From NCBI GenBank assembly GCA_038087875.1, contig CM075996.1, positions 10,728,001 through 10,792,000 of the forward strand: DNA of 64,000 nt. The letters run 5' to 3'. The stretch is from Malacoraja senta (taxonomy: Eukaryota). A program made the translations under genes and the position numbers. The first letter of the stretch is position 1, and every line of letters begins with the position of its first letter. This document shows positions 1-14,043 of this stretch, in pieces. The notes under the pieces were generated by a model. It searched no databases. It saw only the letters and a program-made list of their open reading frames with translations, and was not told the origin of the DNA.

Positions 1-1589
1 AGGCACAATGTCCAGTCCCCTACCCAGTTCTCCCCAGTCAGGCCCATCGAGGCCACCACAGTTGCCTCTACGGAGGCCCGATGTTCCTGGCCGTCGGGAG
101 AGTCCTCGGAGCGGCAAGGGGCAAGAGGAAAGGGGCAAGATTTAAAAGGGACCTGAGGGACAACTATTTTTGCATAAAGGGCGGTGAATAAATGGAACGA
201 GCTGTCAAAAGAAGGATGTTATAATGGAGGTGGATACAATGACAGCATTTAAAAGGCACTTGGTCAGTTACATGGACAGGAAAGGTTTGGAGGGGTATGA
301 ACCAGACACTAGCAAGTAGGACTTGCTATGTTTAGGAATACAGCATGGTAACAGGAGCTTCGGTCCACCAAGTCCACGCTAATCATCGATGACCCATTCA
401 CACTAGTTCCATGTTATCCCACTTTCTCATCCTCACACCAAGGAGCAATTTATAGAGTCAAATGACCTATAAACCCACCCATTTTTAGGATTAGTTTAGA
501 GATACTGCGCAGAAACAGACACTTGGGCCCACCGACTCTGCGCCGACCAGCGAACCCCATACACTAGCACTAGTCTACACACTAGGGCCAACTTACAATC
601 TTTACCGAAGCCAATTAACCTACAAACCTGTGCGTCTTTGGAATGGGGGAGGAATCCGGAGCACCTGGGGAATACCCACGTGGTCACGTGGAAAACATTC
701 AAACTCCATACAGACAGCACCCGTAGTCAGGTTCGAACCCAGGTCTCTGGCGCTGTAAGACAGCAAGAGCCAACGTGTCGCCCCTCGGATGTGGGAGGAA
801 ACCGGAGCACCCAGAAGAAACCCCCGCGGTCATAGGGAGAATGTACAAGAGAGCACCTGAGGTCTAGGTCAAACCCTGGCACTGCGAGGTAACTTGGTCA
901 GCTTCGATGTTGGGCTGAAGGGCCTGTCTCCATGTTGTATGATTCTGCAGACCTGAGCCCTGTGCTTCCAGATCAGCAGCAAGGACCCATACTGCAGTCG
1001 TTCACGCTCCCAACACCACTGAACCGACCACTGTGCAGAACTGCACAGATTTGCTCGACATTAAATGCTGGAGTAACTCAGCAGGTCAGGCAGATTCACT
1101 GGAGAAAAGGAATAGGTGACATTCCTGGAAGGTCTCGACCCGAAACGTCACCTATTCTTTCTCTCCGGAGATGCTACTTGACCCGCTGAGTTACTCCACT
1201 TTTTGTGTCTATCTTCGGTTTAAACCAGTGTGATGTTTGGTGCTGTGTGGGGTGGGAGGACCCATTGCTCCCTCCCGTGCAGCAGGTGGCGCTCCTCAAA
1301 CATCACAACCAGCTTCTGCAGTTCCCTCCTATGCATTCTGACAGCTTGCTAGCTGGTTTCTCAACACTAGCCGCCCTGTGCAGCTTTGAGCTCCCCGCCC
1401 GTGTGTGTGGTTTGCACACCCTTCGTTAGCTGCCCGCTTCTGTGTGGCCAGCTCACCTCCCTCGTGAGAAAAATCCATGGGCCAACTCATACTTATTTAG
1501 ATCCAAAGCATTCTCGGGGTAATCTTTGTCATTTGACGGTTATCGCACATGGTATGGATGTCTGCTCCGGTCAGTAAATGTGGAATCAA

Positions 1590-1902
1590 GGGCGGCACGG
1601 TGGCATAGCGGTAGAGTTACTGCCTTACAGCGCTTGCAGCACCGGAGACCAGGGTTCAATCCTGATTACGGATGCTGTCTGTCCGAAGTTTGTACGTTCT
1701 CTCCGTGACGACGTGGGTTTTCTCCGAGATCTTCGGTTTCCTCCCACACTCCAAAGATGTACAGGTTTGTTGGTTAATTGGCTTGGTATAATTGTCCCAA
1801 GTGTGTGTGGGACATTGTTAGTGCTTTTGGATCGCTGGTCGGTGCGGACCCATTGGGCCAAAGGGCCTGTTTCCTTGCTGTACCTCTAAATTAAACTAAA
1901 CT
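1590..1902 (+). mobile_element. HE1-like (V-SINE) tRNA-derived SINE, representative copy
   Basis: A box TGGCATAGCGG, B box GGTTCAATCC, CR1-type tail (TAAAC)n. Further copies near 493, 5813, 9275, 18640, 22130, 23785, 38500, 44317, 45420, 51953, 54945, 55165. Confidence 0.85.
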
Positions 1903-2378
1903 GCACACAATCCCCAGGCAGAAAGTGCAGTGAGACTTGCAGCTTTGTGGCTGTGGTTGGGAGGTGTTGGCCAGAGCTGCCACCCAGGGACAAGGCAGCG
2001 TTTAATTTCACATCCGAGAGGTGGCGCACACACACACACGCTCACGCCCGAGGTGGGATTTGATCCAGCGGTTGCCAGTAAGAAGTGGCCGATTCGGAAG
2101 TCCAAGCCGCTGAGAATGTTCTTCCGTTCCGACGTTGGAGTTCCATCATCCCGGCGAGAGGGCCTGAACATCGGGCCGCCTGTAGCGGCGACTGCGGGGG
2201 CTCGGGAGGCCCCGACCACGGGTGAACAACAAAGAGGAGGATGACTGAACTTTAGTGCCTTCCCTCACAGTGGGAAACTTTGATTCCGCTGTGTGGGGGT
2301 GTTCATGTTAAAGACTATCGTGTGTTGTGTTCTTTTTTATTTGTATGGCTGTATGGTGACCACAAATTTCACAGTACC

Positions 2379-5097
2379 ATGACAATAAATAGGTGCAGGA
2401 GTAGGCCATTCGGCCCTTCGAGCCAGCACCGCCATTCAATGTGATCATGGCTGATCATCCCCAATCTGTACCCCGTTCCTGCCTTCTCCCCATATCCCTG
2501 ACTTAACTATCTTTAAGAGCCCTATCCAGCTCTCTCTTGAAAGCATCCAGAGAACCTGCCTCCACCACCCTCTGAGGCAGGGAATTCCACAGACTCACAA
2601 CTCTCTGTGAGAAAAAGTGTTTCCTCGTCTCCGTTCTAATTGGCTTAACCCTTATTCTTAAACTGTGGTCCCTGGTTCTGGACTCCCCCAACATCGGGAA
2701 CATGTTTCCTGCCTCCAGCGTGTCCAAACCCTTAACAATCTTATATGTTTCAATAAGATACCCTCTCATCCTTCTAAACCCCAGAGTGTACAAGCCCAGC
2801 TGCTTCATTCTCTCGGCATGTGACAGTCCCGCCATCCTGGGAATATACCTTGTAAACCTACGCTGCACTCCCTCAATAGCAAGAATTTCCTTACTCAAAT
2901 TAGGGGACCAAAACTGCACACAATACTCCAGGTGTGGTCTCACTAGGGCTCTGTACAACTGCACGAGGACCTCTTTGCTCCTATACTCGACTCCTCTTGT
3001 TATAAAGGCCAACATGCTATTCGCTTTCCTCACTGCCTGCTGTACCTGCATGCTTACTTTCATAGACCGATGAACAAGGACCCCCAGATCCCGCTGTACT
3101 TCCCCTTTTCCCAACTTGACGCCATTTAGATAGTAATCTGCCTTCCTGTTTTTGCTACCAAAGTGGATAACCTCACATTTATCCGCATAAAACTTCATCT
3201 GCCATGCATCTTCCCACTCCCCCCAACCTGTCCAAGTCACCCTGCATTCTCATAGCATCCTCCTCACATTTCGCACTGCCACCCAGCTTAGTGTCATCTG
3301 CAAATTTGCTAATGTTACTTTGAATCCCTTCATCCAAATCATTGATGTATATTGTAAACAGCTGCGGTCCCAGCACCGTGCCTTGCGGCACCCCACTAGT
3401 CACTGCCTGCCATTCTGAAAGGGACCCGTTAATCCCCACTTTCTGTTTCCTGTCTGCCAACCAATTTTCTATCCATGTCAGCACTCCACCCCCAATACCA
3501 TGTGCCCTAATTTTGCACACTAATCTCCTATGTGGGACCTTATCAAATGCTTTCTGAAAGTCCAGGTACACTACATCCACTGGCTCTCCCTTGTCCATTT
3601 TCCTAGTTACATCTTCAAAAAATTCCAGAAGATTAACCATATAACCCTATACCAATTACAGCATGGAAACAGGCCATCTCGGCCCTTCTAGTCCGTGCCG
3701 AACACTTACTCTCACCTAGTCCCATCTACCTGCACTCAGACCATAACCCTCCATTCCTTTCCCGTCCATATACCTATCCAATTTATTTTTAAATGATAAA
3801 ATCGAACCTGCCTCCACCACTTCCACTGGAAGCTCATTCCACACAGCTACCATTCTCTGAGTAAAGAAGTTCCCCCTCATGTTCCCCCTAATCTTTTGTC
3901 CCTTAATTCCCAAATCATGTCCTCTTGTTTGAATCTTCCCTACTCTCAATGGAAAAAGCTTATCCACGTCAACTCTGTCTATCCCTCTCATAATTTTAAA
4001 GACCTCTATCAAGTCCCCCCTTAACCTTCTGCGCTCCAAAGAATAAAGACCTATCTTGTTCAACCTTTCTCTGTAACTTAGGTGCTGAAACCCAGGTAAC
4101 ATTCTAGTAAATCTCCTCTGTACTCTCTCTATTTTGTTGACATCTTTCCTATAATTTGGCGACCAAAATTGTACACCATACTCCAGAATTGGCCTCACCA
4201 ATGCCTTGTACAGTTTTAACATTACATCCCAAATTCTATACTCAAAGCTCTGATTTATAAAGGCCAGCACACCAAAAGCTTTCTTTACCACCCTATCTAC
4301 ATGAGATTCCACCTTCAGGGAACTATGCACAGTTATTCCTAGATCCCTCTGTTCAACTGTATTCCTCAATTCGCTACCATTTACCATGTACGTCCTATTT
4401 TGATTTGTCCTGCCATGATGTAGCACCTCACACTTATCAGCATTAAACTCCATCTGCCATCTTTCAGCCCACTCTTCCAAATGGCCTAAATCTCTAGACT
4501 TTGAAAATCTACTTCATTATCCACAACACCACCTATCTTAGTATCATCTGCATACTTACTAATCCAATTTACCACACCTTCATCCAGTTCATTCATGTAT
4601 ATGACAAACAACAGTGGACCCAACACAGATCCCTGAGGCACCCCACTAGTCACCGGCCTCCAACCTGACAAATAGTTATCCACCATTACTCTCTGGTATC
4701 TCCCATTCAGCCACTGTTGAATCCATCTTGCTACTCCACTATTAATACCCAACAATTGAACCTTCTTAACCAACCTTCCATGTGGAACCTTGTCAAAGGC
4801 CTTACTGAAGTCCATATAGACAACATCCACTGCTTTACCCTCATCAATATCCCCAGTAACCTCTTCAAAACATTCAAGATTAGTCAAACATGACCTTCCA
4901 GGCACAAATCCATGTTGACTGTTCCTAATCAGACCCTGTTTATCCAGATGATTATATATATAATCTCTAAGTATCCTTTCCATTAATTTGCCCACCACTG
5001 ACGTCTTCTTTCCCTTTCCCCTTCGTAATTTCCCCTTGGTAAATCCATCCTGACTTGGACCGATCCTGTTCCTGCTATCCAAATGTGCGGCTATTTC
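2379..5097 (-). mobile_element. CR1/HER1 LINE, 5'-truncated, interrupted by a second CR1
   Basis: RT motifs [29 protein letters not shown]1 3' tail; sequence resumes at about 5026. Confidence 0.95.
3637..5005 (-). mobile_element. CR1 LINE, subfamily B
   Basis: [21 protein letters not shown]; distinct 3' UTR and tail. Confidence 0.95.
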
Positions 5098-6136
5098 AAT
5101 TGGTGCATGTGACAATAAATGTATCTTGAATCTCTCTTGATCTTGCTGGAACGACTTGAACCCGAGCTGTCACTGGAGAAATGTTGATCAAAGCTTTCCC
5201 ATGGCCAGTGGGGGAAAGGGTGAGCAGAGATGAAAGGCAGAGGAGTTCTGGAAGTGTGGGTGTGAGGAGGGAGCAGCAGGGGGAATAGCATTTCAGCCCA
5301 CAATGTCAATGTCGAACATAATACAAAGATGACTAATCTTACTTGCCTGCACACGATCCATATCCCGCCATTCCCTGCAAATCCATACGACTATCAAATG
5401 CCTTTATCATATCTACCTCTCCTGGCAGGGCGTGTTCCAGGCATCCACCTGGTATTAAAAATCTAGCACGTTTTATACTTTATTCCTCTCATTGTAAAGC
5501 TATACCCTCTGGTCTTTGACATTTCCACCCTGGGGAGAAAGTAGTTGAGGGGAAAATAGAGGAGAGATGTGAGATAAGTGGAGGAAAAGGTGGGCTGCTT
5601 TGTGGGTTGGGGGCAGAGTGAATGGGGTGGAGAGTTAGGGGTTGAGATGGGATTGCAGGATGGAGAGTTTGCCTGTGTTGGCTGCAGTTGGCCTGCATTA
5701 GGTTGGAAGTGTCCCCTCCATGCTGTGGAACCTGGCCTTGACAATAAATATGCGATGCACGGTCTCATAGAAGGGCGGCGATGGCTATATTCTGGGTCAG
5801 GTTGATATGGACTTTAGTTTAGAGATACAGCGCGGGAATAGGCCTTTTGGTCCACACCGACCAGTGATCCCTGCACACTAACTTCATCCCACACACACTA
5901 GGGACAATTTTACATTAATACTAAGCCAATTAATCTACAAGCCAGTACATCATTGGATTGTGGGAGGAAACCGAAGATCTCGGAGAAAACCCATGCAGGT
6001 CACGGGGAGAACGTACAAACTTCGTACAGGCAGCACCTGTAGTCAGGATCAAACTCGGGTCTCTGGCGCTGTAAGGCAGCAACTCTACCACTGCGCCTCC
6101 ATACTGCCCAAGCTGACCGTCTTGCTCTGTTCCTAG

Positions 6137-6358
6137 GCTGGCCTGCAGGTGCGAGTGCACAGAATGGAGAAGGAGCTGGAGCTGCTGACCGCTGCCTTCC
6201 GGGCTTGGCTGGACTGGGGCGGTGAACCGTCTGAAACCATAAGCCTCCCTCTCTCGCTGACACCAGCCCACATCATCAAGCTGCTGGGCAAGGTAACCCT
6301 TCAGAACCTGGATGAGCTTCGGAACATGCTGCCATTCGAGTCGCTGGAAAGGGTGGAG
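6137..6358 (+). CDS. SUN1/SUN2-like protein, first recognised coding exon (AGLQVRVHRMEKELELL...ESLERVE)
   Basis: tcctag| acceptor, |gtgagt donor, 222 nt open, phase 0/0, helical/coiled-coil composition, in frame with downstream exons. Confidence 0.7.
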
Positions 6359-6821
6359 GTGAGTGTCAAATGCTGGCAGCTTGGCCACTTCCCCCACCCC
6401 TGTTTGGCAGTGATGTGTAGAGTCTGTCCATAGGGGGGGTGAGCAGAGCCTTGATTGACGCAGGAGGAAATCCAGCTGTTGGTTAACCTGTTGCTTAACC
6501 TGCCTGGTAGTCATTGAGAGAGATGGCATGGAAACAGGCCCTTTGACCCACTGAGCAGGCTGACCATCGATCACCCATTTGCACTAATCTAATACATTTG
6601 TTATCTGGCAACTGAATTAGTTTACCACAACTAGAGAGCAGTCCTGAACTACGATCTACCTCATTGGTGACCCTCAGACTATTTTTAATCGAACTTTACT
6701 ATCTTTACCTTGCACTAAACGTTATTCTCTTATCATGTATCTATACACTGTAAATACCCTGATTGTAATCATGTATTGTCTTTCTGCTGACTGGATCGCA
6801 TGCCACAAAATCCTTCTATGC

Positions 6822-8345
6822 CCGGTTGAATGCAGACAACACAGCGCCCACCATGAGTCCACAGGTGTGCAGGGGGACTACCTCACTGACCCTACACACG
6901 GCAGACGTGAGGCGGTCCTTCAAAAAGATCAATGACCGCAAAGCTCCAGGGCCGGATGGTATTCCAGGGCGGGCTCTCAGGGCGTGCGCTGATCAACTGG
7001 CAGAGGTGTTCACCAACATCTTCAACCTCTCCCTGTCAGTCTGTGGTTCCCACACCCTTCAAAGCATCCATCATTGTTCCTGTTCCAAATAAATCAATAA
7101 TCTCCTGCTTAAATGACTACCGTCCTGTCGCACTGACACATCATGAAGTGCTTCGAGTGACTAGTCAAAACTCACATCTGCTCCTCTCACCCTGACACTT
7201 TGGACCCTCTTCAGTTTGCGTATAGACCAAACAGGGCCACGGACGATGCCATCTGGACAAAGGGAATACATATGTGAGAATGCTCTTCATTGACTACAGC
7301 TTGGCATTCAACACTATCATTCCCTCAAAACTCGTCCCCAAGCTCCTTGATCTTGGACTGGAGACCTCCATCTGCGGCTGGATATTCGACTTCCTGACGG
7401 GCAGGCCCCAGGTGGTGAGAATTAGCAGCCACACCTCTTCCTCACTGATCCTCAACACAGGCGCAACACAGGGCTGTGTGCTCAGTCCTCTCCTGTACTC
7501 CCTGTTCACTCACGACTGTACTGCTAAGCACAGCTCTAACATCATCCTAAAGTTTGCTGACGACATGACCATCCTGGGGTTCATCAGACAATAATGAGAT
7601 GGCCTATAGAGAGGAGGTAAAGGCACTAAACAGCTGGTGTCAGCAAAACTAAAGAGATCGTGGACCACAGGAGACAGCAGGGGAGTGAACATCGGTGATG
7701 CTGAGGTTGAAAGGGTCAGCAGCTTCAAGTTCCTTGGTGTGCACATCACTGAGGACCTCTCTTGGACACTGCACACGGACACAATAACTAAGAAAGCCCG
7801 CCAGCGGCTCTTTTTCCTGAGAAGAGAGGAGGTTTGGCATGAACACCAGCATCCTCACAAACTTCTACAGTTATACCGTCGAGAGTCTGCTGCCGGGCCG
7901 CATCACAGTGGTACGGGAACTGTTCTGCCCATAGCCGCAAATCACTACAGAGAGTGGTGAAGGCGGCACAGCACATCACAGGCAACTGTCTCCCGGCCAT
8001 TCAGGACATTTTCCACAGGCGGTGCCTGCGGAAGGCACACAACATCATCAAGGACCACAGCCACCCAGCACGCAGACTGTTCTCCTTGTTACTGTCAGGC
8101 AGATGATATAGGAGCATGGCTGCACGTACCACCAGACTTAAGAACAATTTTTACCATCAGGCTTCTGAACTCATAAACACATCATATATGTTGATTATTT
8201 TATTTTTTAATTTATTATTGTCTTTTACCTACACCTGTCACTTTTATCTTTTATCTTATTTTTATCCATGCAATATCATTGCTGAGGTGACCCATTGTCT
8301 TGTCTGACACATTTCATTGTACCGTTGACCCTGTGTTAACCTACA
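6822..8345 (+). mobile_element. Rex1/Babar-like LINE fragment
   Basis: [60 protein letters not shown]; frameshifted. Confidence 0.9.
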
Positions 8346-8515
8346 TCTATCTATCTATATATAAAACTCTGTGTGTGTGTGTGTTTCTGCCAGTCTTGTG
8401 GCTGCCAGCCTTCCTTTGACTCCTTCCGTTGGGTCTGAAGCACGTTCGGGATCTAAAACCCCGGGGTCTGAAGCACGTTCAGTGTCCAGACCCAACGGGT
8501 CTGCACTTGGTCTAG
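8346..8515 (+). mobile_element. Mini non-autonomous Helitron
   Basis: A|TC...CAGACCC-AAC-GGGTCTG hairpin...CTAG|T; inserted between A and T of a Rex1 tail with no TSD. Confidence 0.85.
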
Positions 8516-8794
8516 TATGACACATAAAACTGAACTGAACTGAAAAGCTTTTCACTGTACACGTGACGATAAACTGAACTGAACTTTATTCTTTCCATAT
8601 TGTCTTCCATCCACCCCTCCCCCCGATTCTCCACTTGCCGACATGGAAGAGGTAATTTACCGCGGCCAATTAACCTACGAATCTGCACGCATTTCGTAAT
8701 CTCTCTCTGCAAAGGCTCACACTCTGTGTTGGACAGAGGTGGGGTGGGTGCGTGCCCCTGGTGAGACTGTAACGCTGCTTGTGTTTGCTTCCAG

Positions 8795-8866
8795 CCTGAC
8801 ATCGCCACCATCCAGCAGATGCATGAGGAGCTGACGGAGCCGGCGCTGTCGGCAGATGATTGCAAG
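8795..8866 (+). CDS. SUN1/2-like exon (PDIATIQQMHEELTEPALSADDCK)
   Basis: gcttccag| acceptor, AAG|gtgggt donor, 72 nt, phase 0/0. Confidence 0.7.
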
Positions 8867-10028
8867 GTGGGTGCTGGGAGAGGGAGCTGGTGCAGGAGAA
8901 GGGGTAGAAGGGGCACAGGGAGTCATGGTTCATAAGTGATAGGAGCTGAATTAGGCCATTCAGCCCATCAAGTCTACTCCACCATTCAATCATGGCTGAT
9001 CTACCTTACCCTCTTAACCCCATTCCCCTGCCTTCTATCCATAACCCCTGACACCCATACTAATCAATAATATATCTATCTCTTCCTTAACAAGATCCAC
9101 TGCCTACTGTGGGAGTGAATTCCACAGATTCACCACCCTCTGATTAAAGAAATTCCTCAACTCCTTCCCAAAGGAACGTCCTTTTATTCTGAGGCTAAGG
9201 CCTCTGGTCCTAGCATGGCAAGCTTTCCTTCATATTCTGCCTGAAATAGCTGCTGTTAGTCTTTTTTTGGTTTTGTTTTAGAGATACCGCGTGGAAAGTC
9301 TGCGCCGACCAGCGATCCACACACTACCACTATCCTGCACACTAGGGACAATTTACAATTTTACTAAGCTATTTAGCCCACAAACCTGTACGTCTTTGGA
9401 GTGTGGGTGGAAGCCGGAGCACCTGGAGAAAATCCACGCAGGTCATGGGGAGAACATACAAACTCCGTACAGATAGCACCCGTAGTCGGGATCGAACCTG
9501 GGCCTCTGGTGCTGTGAGGTAGCAACTCTACCGCTGCACCACCGTGCTGCCCCTCAGCTGCTCTACCTCTCAGTCAGACCACATATCTCGGCACCATTTA
9601 ACGCCATACTCTCAATTCCGTGATATCAAGGCCAGTCACCTCGGTGTTGAACTGGTCTCAAGGACTGGTCTCTGGAGCCACTTGGGCAGAGAATTCCCTG
9701 CATTTCCCATCCTATGGGTGTTAAGCTGCTACAGTTCAGTGAAGTTTGCTTTAAATTGAATGGTGGATTCTGCGGGCAATTGATGGGAATTTGTGAGGAA
9801 CTAGTTTCAAGGAAAATTCGTGAAGGACTGGGATTCTCCTGAGAGCTGGCATTGATTTGATGGGCTGAAATGGCCTATGTTATAAGGAAATATGAAGTGT
9901 GGAAAAGTGACTTTTCTGCATTACATATTTGTAAATTTGACGAGTATGTTGTGAAATAAGTAGCTGCGAGTAGAATTAAAAAGCCTCCGAACTTGAAAAT
10001 AAACTTTTTTTTAAATTTCTATTCCCAG

Positions 10029-10072
10029 ATGATGTTGCAGAAGGTGAAGGAAATGGAATCTACTGTGGAAAG
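10029..10072 (+). CDS. SUN1/2-like exon (MMLQKVKEMESTVE-R)
   Basis: ttctattcccag| acceptor, AG|gtacag donor; its phase-2 end completes an Arg codon with the next exon. Confidence 0.7.
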
Positions 10073-10145
10073 GTACAGAGCTGCACTGCGGCAGTTTCCA
10101 GACTGCACCAACTGCTCACAACGATAGAGATAAATAACTAATTTA

Positions 10146-10377
10146 AGGGCCTGTCCGTCTTGGCGATTTTTTTCGGCGACTGCCGCCGTCACATCAGTGT
10201 CGCCAAAAGATTTTGAACATTTCAAAATCCAGCGGGGACAAAAAAAATGTTGCGACACTAAAACACCGCGCGTCATACGTCATCACGCTGCGTCACGCCG
10301 CAAATTTTTCGGTGACCTGATACGTCCGTCAATGATGCCGACAGTCGCCGAAAAAATCGCCAAGTGGGACAGGCCCT
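10146..10377. mobile_element. Harbinger (Tourist-like) MITE, 232 bp
   Basis: About 37-bp TIRs AGGGCCTGTCC..TTGGCGATTTTTTCGGCGACTG; TTA TSD at 10143-10145 and 10378-10380. Confidence 0.9.
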
Positions 10378-11010
10378 TTAGGAGCTGGGTTTTGATGTTG
10401 TAGGCCACATTATCTGCAGATGCATCAAGGTGCCCCTGGGGTGTGGCACGGCAGCAGGTTTGCCTGTGGCTGAGCTGTGAGCAGTATAACGCTGATGCTG
10501 TATGTTTCCAGCTAGGAGTGGAGTAGCAGCTGACCCTTGGGGGGGGGGGGGCGTGGGGCTTCGTCGGCTGCTGCGTGAAACAGATCAACGTCGTTTTTAG
10601 TTTAGAGGTACACCGAGTCCGTGCAGACCAACGATCACCCTTACACCGGTAGTCAGGATTGAACCCAGGTCTGGCACTGTAAGGCCGTAGGTCTAATGCT
10701 GCACCACCATCCCGCCTCTGCTCCTGCACTCTGATGGCTTGCTTTGTCCTGTATAGGACAGGTCTTGTCTGGACCACAGCCAGACATAAAAACAGTATTT
10801 TTCCACGAGCAGTAGCTCTACTCAACAGCCAAAAGTCTGTCGACTCTTTTTACTCTGGTACTTTATTTCCACATGTTTAAATCATAATGTTTTATTTTTA
10901 ATTGTCTACTGTATATCATGTTTTTATCCTTGCAAACAAAGCACCAAGGCAAGTTCCTTGTATGTATACATACTTGGCGAATAAAATTATATTGATTATT
11001 ATTATTATAG

Positions 11011-11167
11011 GTTGACAGATGAACAGAAGCAGCTACTGACTGCACTGGCGCTGCTGGAGGAGCAGCTCAGCCAGACACGGCTGGAGCTGCAGGCTGCACG
11101 TGCAGCCCAGAAGAACATTGACTCCAGCATGCAAGCTCTGGAAAGCAGAGTTAAAAGTATGATTGAT
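11011..11167 (+). CDS. SUN1/2-like coiled-coil exon (LTDEQKQLLTALALLEEQLSQTRLELQAARAAQKNIDSSMQALESRVKSMID)
   Basis: tatag| acceptor, |gtaagt donor, heptad-like Leu pattern, phase consistent on both sides. Confidence 0.85.
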
Positions 11168-13830
11168 GTAAGTTTTCCCAAATAGTTTTTTATTTAACTG
11201 TAAAAGGCCAAAACTTAGCACTTCTTCTGCCTTGAAGATGATTAAAGAGATTGAGATGAAGAGGAAAGTGTGGAAAGTATCTTGCCCTCTTCCCTCCCCT
11301 TCTTTAACACTCAACTCTCACTCACCCCCTCCCTCGCTACTGCATTCTTCCCTTTATCTCACTGTCTCTCCTTTTCCTCCTCTGCTCCTTTCCCTGTTCA
11401 CGACGTGGTCTCCTCTACATTGGAGAAACCAAACAGGCGTTGGGTTTCTACTTTGCGGTGCACCTGTGTTCGATCCATGGGGCACTCCTGAGCTTCATGT
11501 TATCTCATTCTGACTCTTGGATGTGGGAGTGACTGAACAGTCTGTGACTTCCTGCACTGTTGCAATGAGGCTCAAAGCAATCTTGAGGAATGGCATCTCA
11601 CCTTCAATTTGGGCTCATGGCAGTCCTCTGGGCTTGAACTGAATTTGATAATTTTGGGTAAGTTGATTCCTCTGTTACTATCAGTTGCACATTTGTGATA
11701 ATTGGGTTGGCTTGTCTTTTAAAATCTCTATCCAAAAGTGGAGAGCATGTCCATGCTGACCTGCCAGATATGTCTTGTCTGAAAAGCGTCTCCACCTGAA
11801 ACGTCACCCATTCCTTCTCTCCAGAGATGCAGCCTGTCCCGTTGTCTATCTTCGGTTTAAACCAGCATCTGCCGTTCCTTCCTAGACATGTCTTCTTTGC
11901 ATTTTGTAACTGCTACAATCTTTTGTCTATTTTTCTTATCATCTAACCGCTCCTATTCACTCCATGACCAGATAACTTTGTGTGCAGCTTATCCCCATGG
12001 TCACCTGGTTTCACACTATCAGAGTCATCCACCCACCTGTGCAGCTTTACAAGTTTTTATTGTCGCCTCCCCAGTTCTGACGAAGGGTCTTTGACTTGAA
12101 ACATGAATTCTGTTTCTCTGGCTACGGATGCAGCCTGATCCGAGTGCTCCCAGCATTTTGTTTTTCAGATTTATTCCATCTGCAGTTTTCACGCATTTAT
12201 TCTAACCTTTTGTTCTATATGACTGCCACCTTTCAGTCCATGTTAGCACACTACCTCCAAATTAAGAGGGCTCTTAATTTTTTTGCAGCAGCAGCCTCAT
12301 ATGTGGCAAATGCCTTTTGGAAATCTAAATACACACTACATTTACAGGAGATTGACACAAAAAGCTGCAATAACTCAGCGGGTCAGACGGCATCTCTGGA
12401 GAAAACAAATAGAAAATTCCTTTTCTCCACGGATGCTATCTGACCCGCTAAGTTACTCCAGCTTATTGTGTCTATCTTTGGTTTAAACCAGCATTTGCAG
12501 TTCCTTCCTACTACATTTACAGGTTTCCCTTATCAACTCCCTATCACATCCTGTCAAGTTTTGTCACACATGATTTTCATTAAACCATGTCTGCTACGTT
12601 TGATTAGATTCAGCTTACCAAATGATTAGTTATTTTCTCTTGCGAACTATGAGTGCTGGATGAATTAGAATCATAGAGTGATACAGTGTGGAAACAGACC
12701 CTTCGGCCCAATGCCCACACCCGCCAACATGTCCCAGGTACACTAGTCCCTCCTGCCTGCGTTTGGTCCATATCTCTCCAAACCTGTCCTATCCATGTAC
12801 CTGTCAATTGACCTATAGTTCCCACCTTCTGTTTTTGGTGCTGGGAGGCCAGGTGAATCTCGCTCACAGCCTCTTCTACTGCTGGTCCAGGTGCCCAGTA
12901 AATGTGAGTTCTGCTTCCAACAGCCATTCAGGCAGTGAACCCTTGGCCCACTGTACTAATTGCATCAAACCCTTGTGCCAATTGAATTACATTTCCAACT
13001 TTGTGTCGGAAAGATGGTTACCTTGTTTACTCTGAATGGACCAGTCAGAATATCATAACCTTATGTATAGGAAGGAACTGCAGATGCTGGCTTATACCAC
13101 AGATAGACATCAGCGAGACAGGCAGCATCTCTGGGGGGGAGGAATGGATGACATTTCGGGTCGAGACGTATGAAAAAGGGTCTCAATCCGAAACATGATC
13201 CATTCCTTCTCTCTAGAGATGCTGCCTGTCCCGCTGAGTTACTCCAGCATTTTGTCTTTTTTTCTATAATATTATAACCACTCAAACAATCTACCTGCTG
13301 CAGTTCCTGGTGACTCTCTCCTTGCAATCTTTCTTCTGCAGTCCTGCCAATGTTGTAAACCTTTCTTGTGCCTCTCTAGTGCACTCCCATCAATCCTGTA
13401 GGGAGGCAACCAGAATCCACTCAATGTTACAGGTACAGCTGAGCTAACAGTTACAAGATGCATGTCCCACTATCTTCAAAGACGCATGAACAAGCTCTCT
13501 AAAGATAGACACAAAATGCTGGAGTAACTCAGCAAGACGGAACATTAGATGCTGCCTGGTCTGCTGAGTAACTCCAGCATTTTGTGTCTATCTTCAGTGT
13601 AAACCAGCATCTGCATTTCCTTCCTACACAACAAGCTCTCCAAGATCTTTCTGTTCCCCACCACAGTTCAGTATTCTTTCAGCTATAATGTATGTCCTTG
13701 CCTTGTCTCCCTTGCCAAAGGATCAACAATTGTAAAATAATGTATTTTTTAAGATGACAAAGATACTGCTTTGCATTGATTTCAATGTTTACAAGGAGGA
13801 GCACTGACTATCCTGCTCTTGTGTGTTTAG

Positions 13831-14043
13831 AAGGAGACGGCGTTGCTCCCACTTATCCACAAGCTGCTCTTCGGTTCCTCAGAAGACAACACAGGGGAAC
13901 CACTGGCAGCACAGCTGGTGCACCGCAAGGAATTTGAGGCCCTCCTTGCTGGCTTGGAGAAGAAGATCCTATCAGATGCTTCGCTTCATCCTGGTCCTGC
14001 AATGGAGGCACACTCGGCAGCTGTCAAAGCAGGAATTATTAAG
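13831..14043 (+). CDS. SUN1/2-like exon (KETALLPLIHKLLFG...LVHRKEFEALLAGLEKKIL...AGIIK)
   Basis: gtgtttag| acceptor, AAG|gtacaa donor, 213 nt; resembles the SUN1/SUN2 luminal coiled coil before the SUN domain. Confidence 0.85.

Noticed and set aside
1205..1429. ORF listed on the minus strand in the supplied track
   Set aside because: The listed peptide (MSIFGLNQCDVW...) actually reads from the + strand (GTGTCTATCTTCGGT...), so the strand label is wrong. It starts in a repeat and matches no known protein.
932..1560. Possible upstream SUN exons (TM or N-terminus)
   Set aside because: No acceptor/donor pair gave a convincing in-phase exon or TM helix.
1590..1670. tRNA genes
   Set aside because: The A/B-box heads continue into SINE bodies; no stand-alone cloverleaf with terminator.
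8430..8482. Short spaced direct repeats (GGGTCTGAAGCACGTTC x2), CRISPR-like
   Set aside because: Only two units, internal to a mini-Helitron in eukaryotic DNA.
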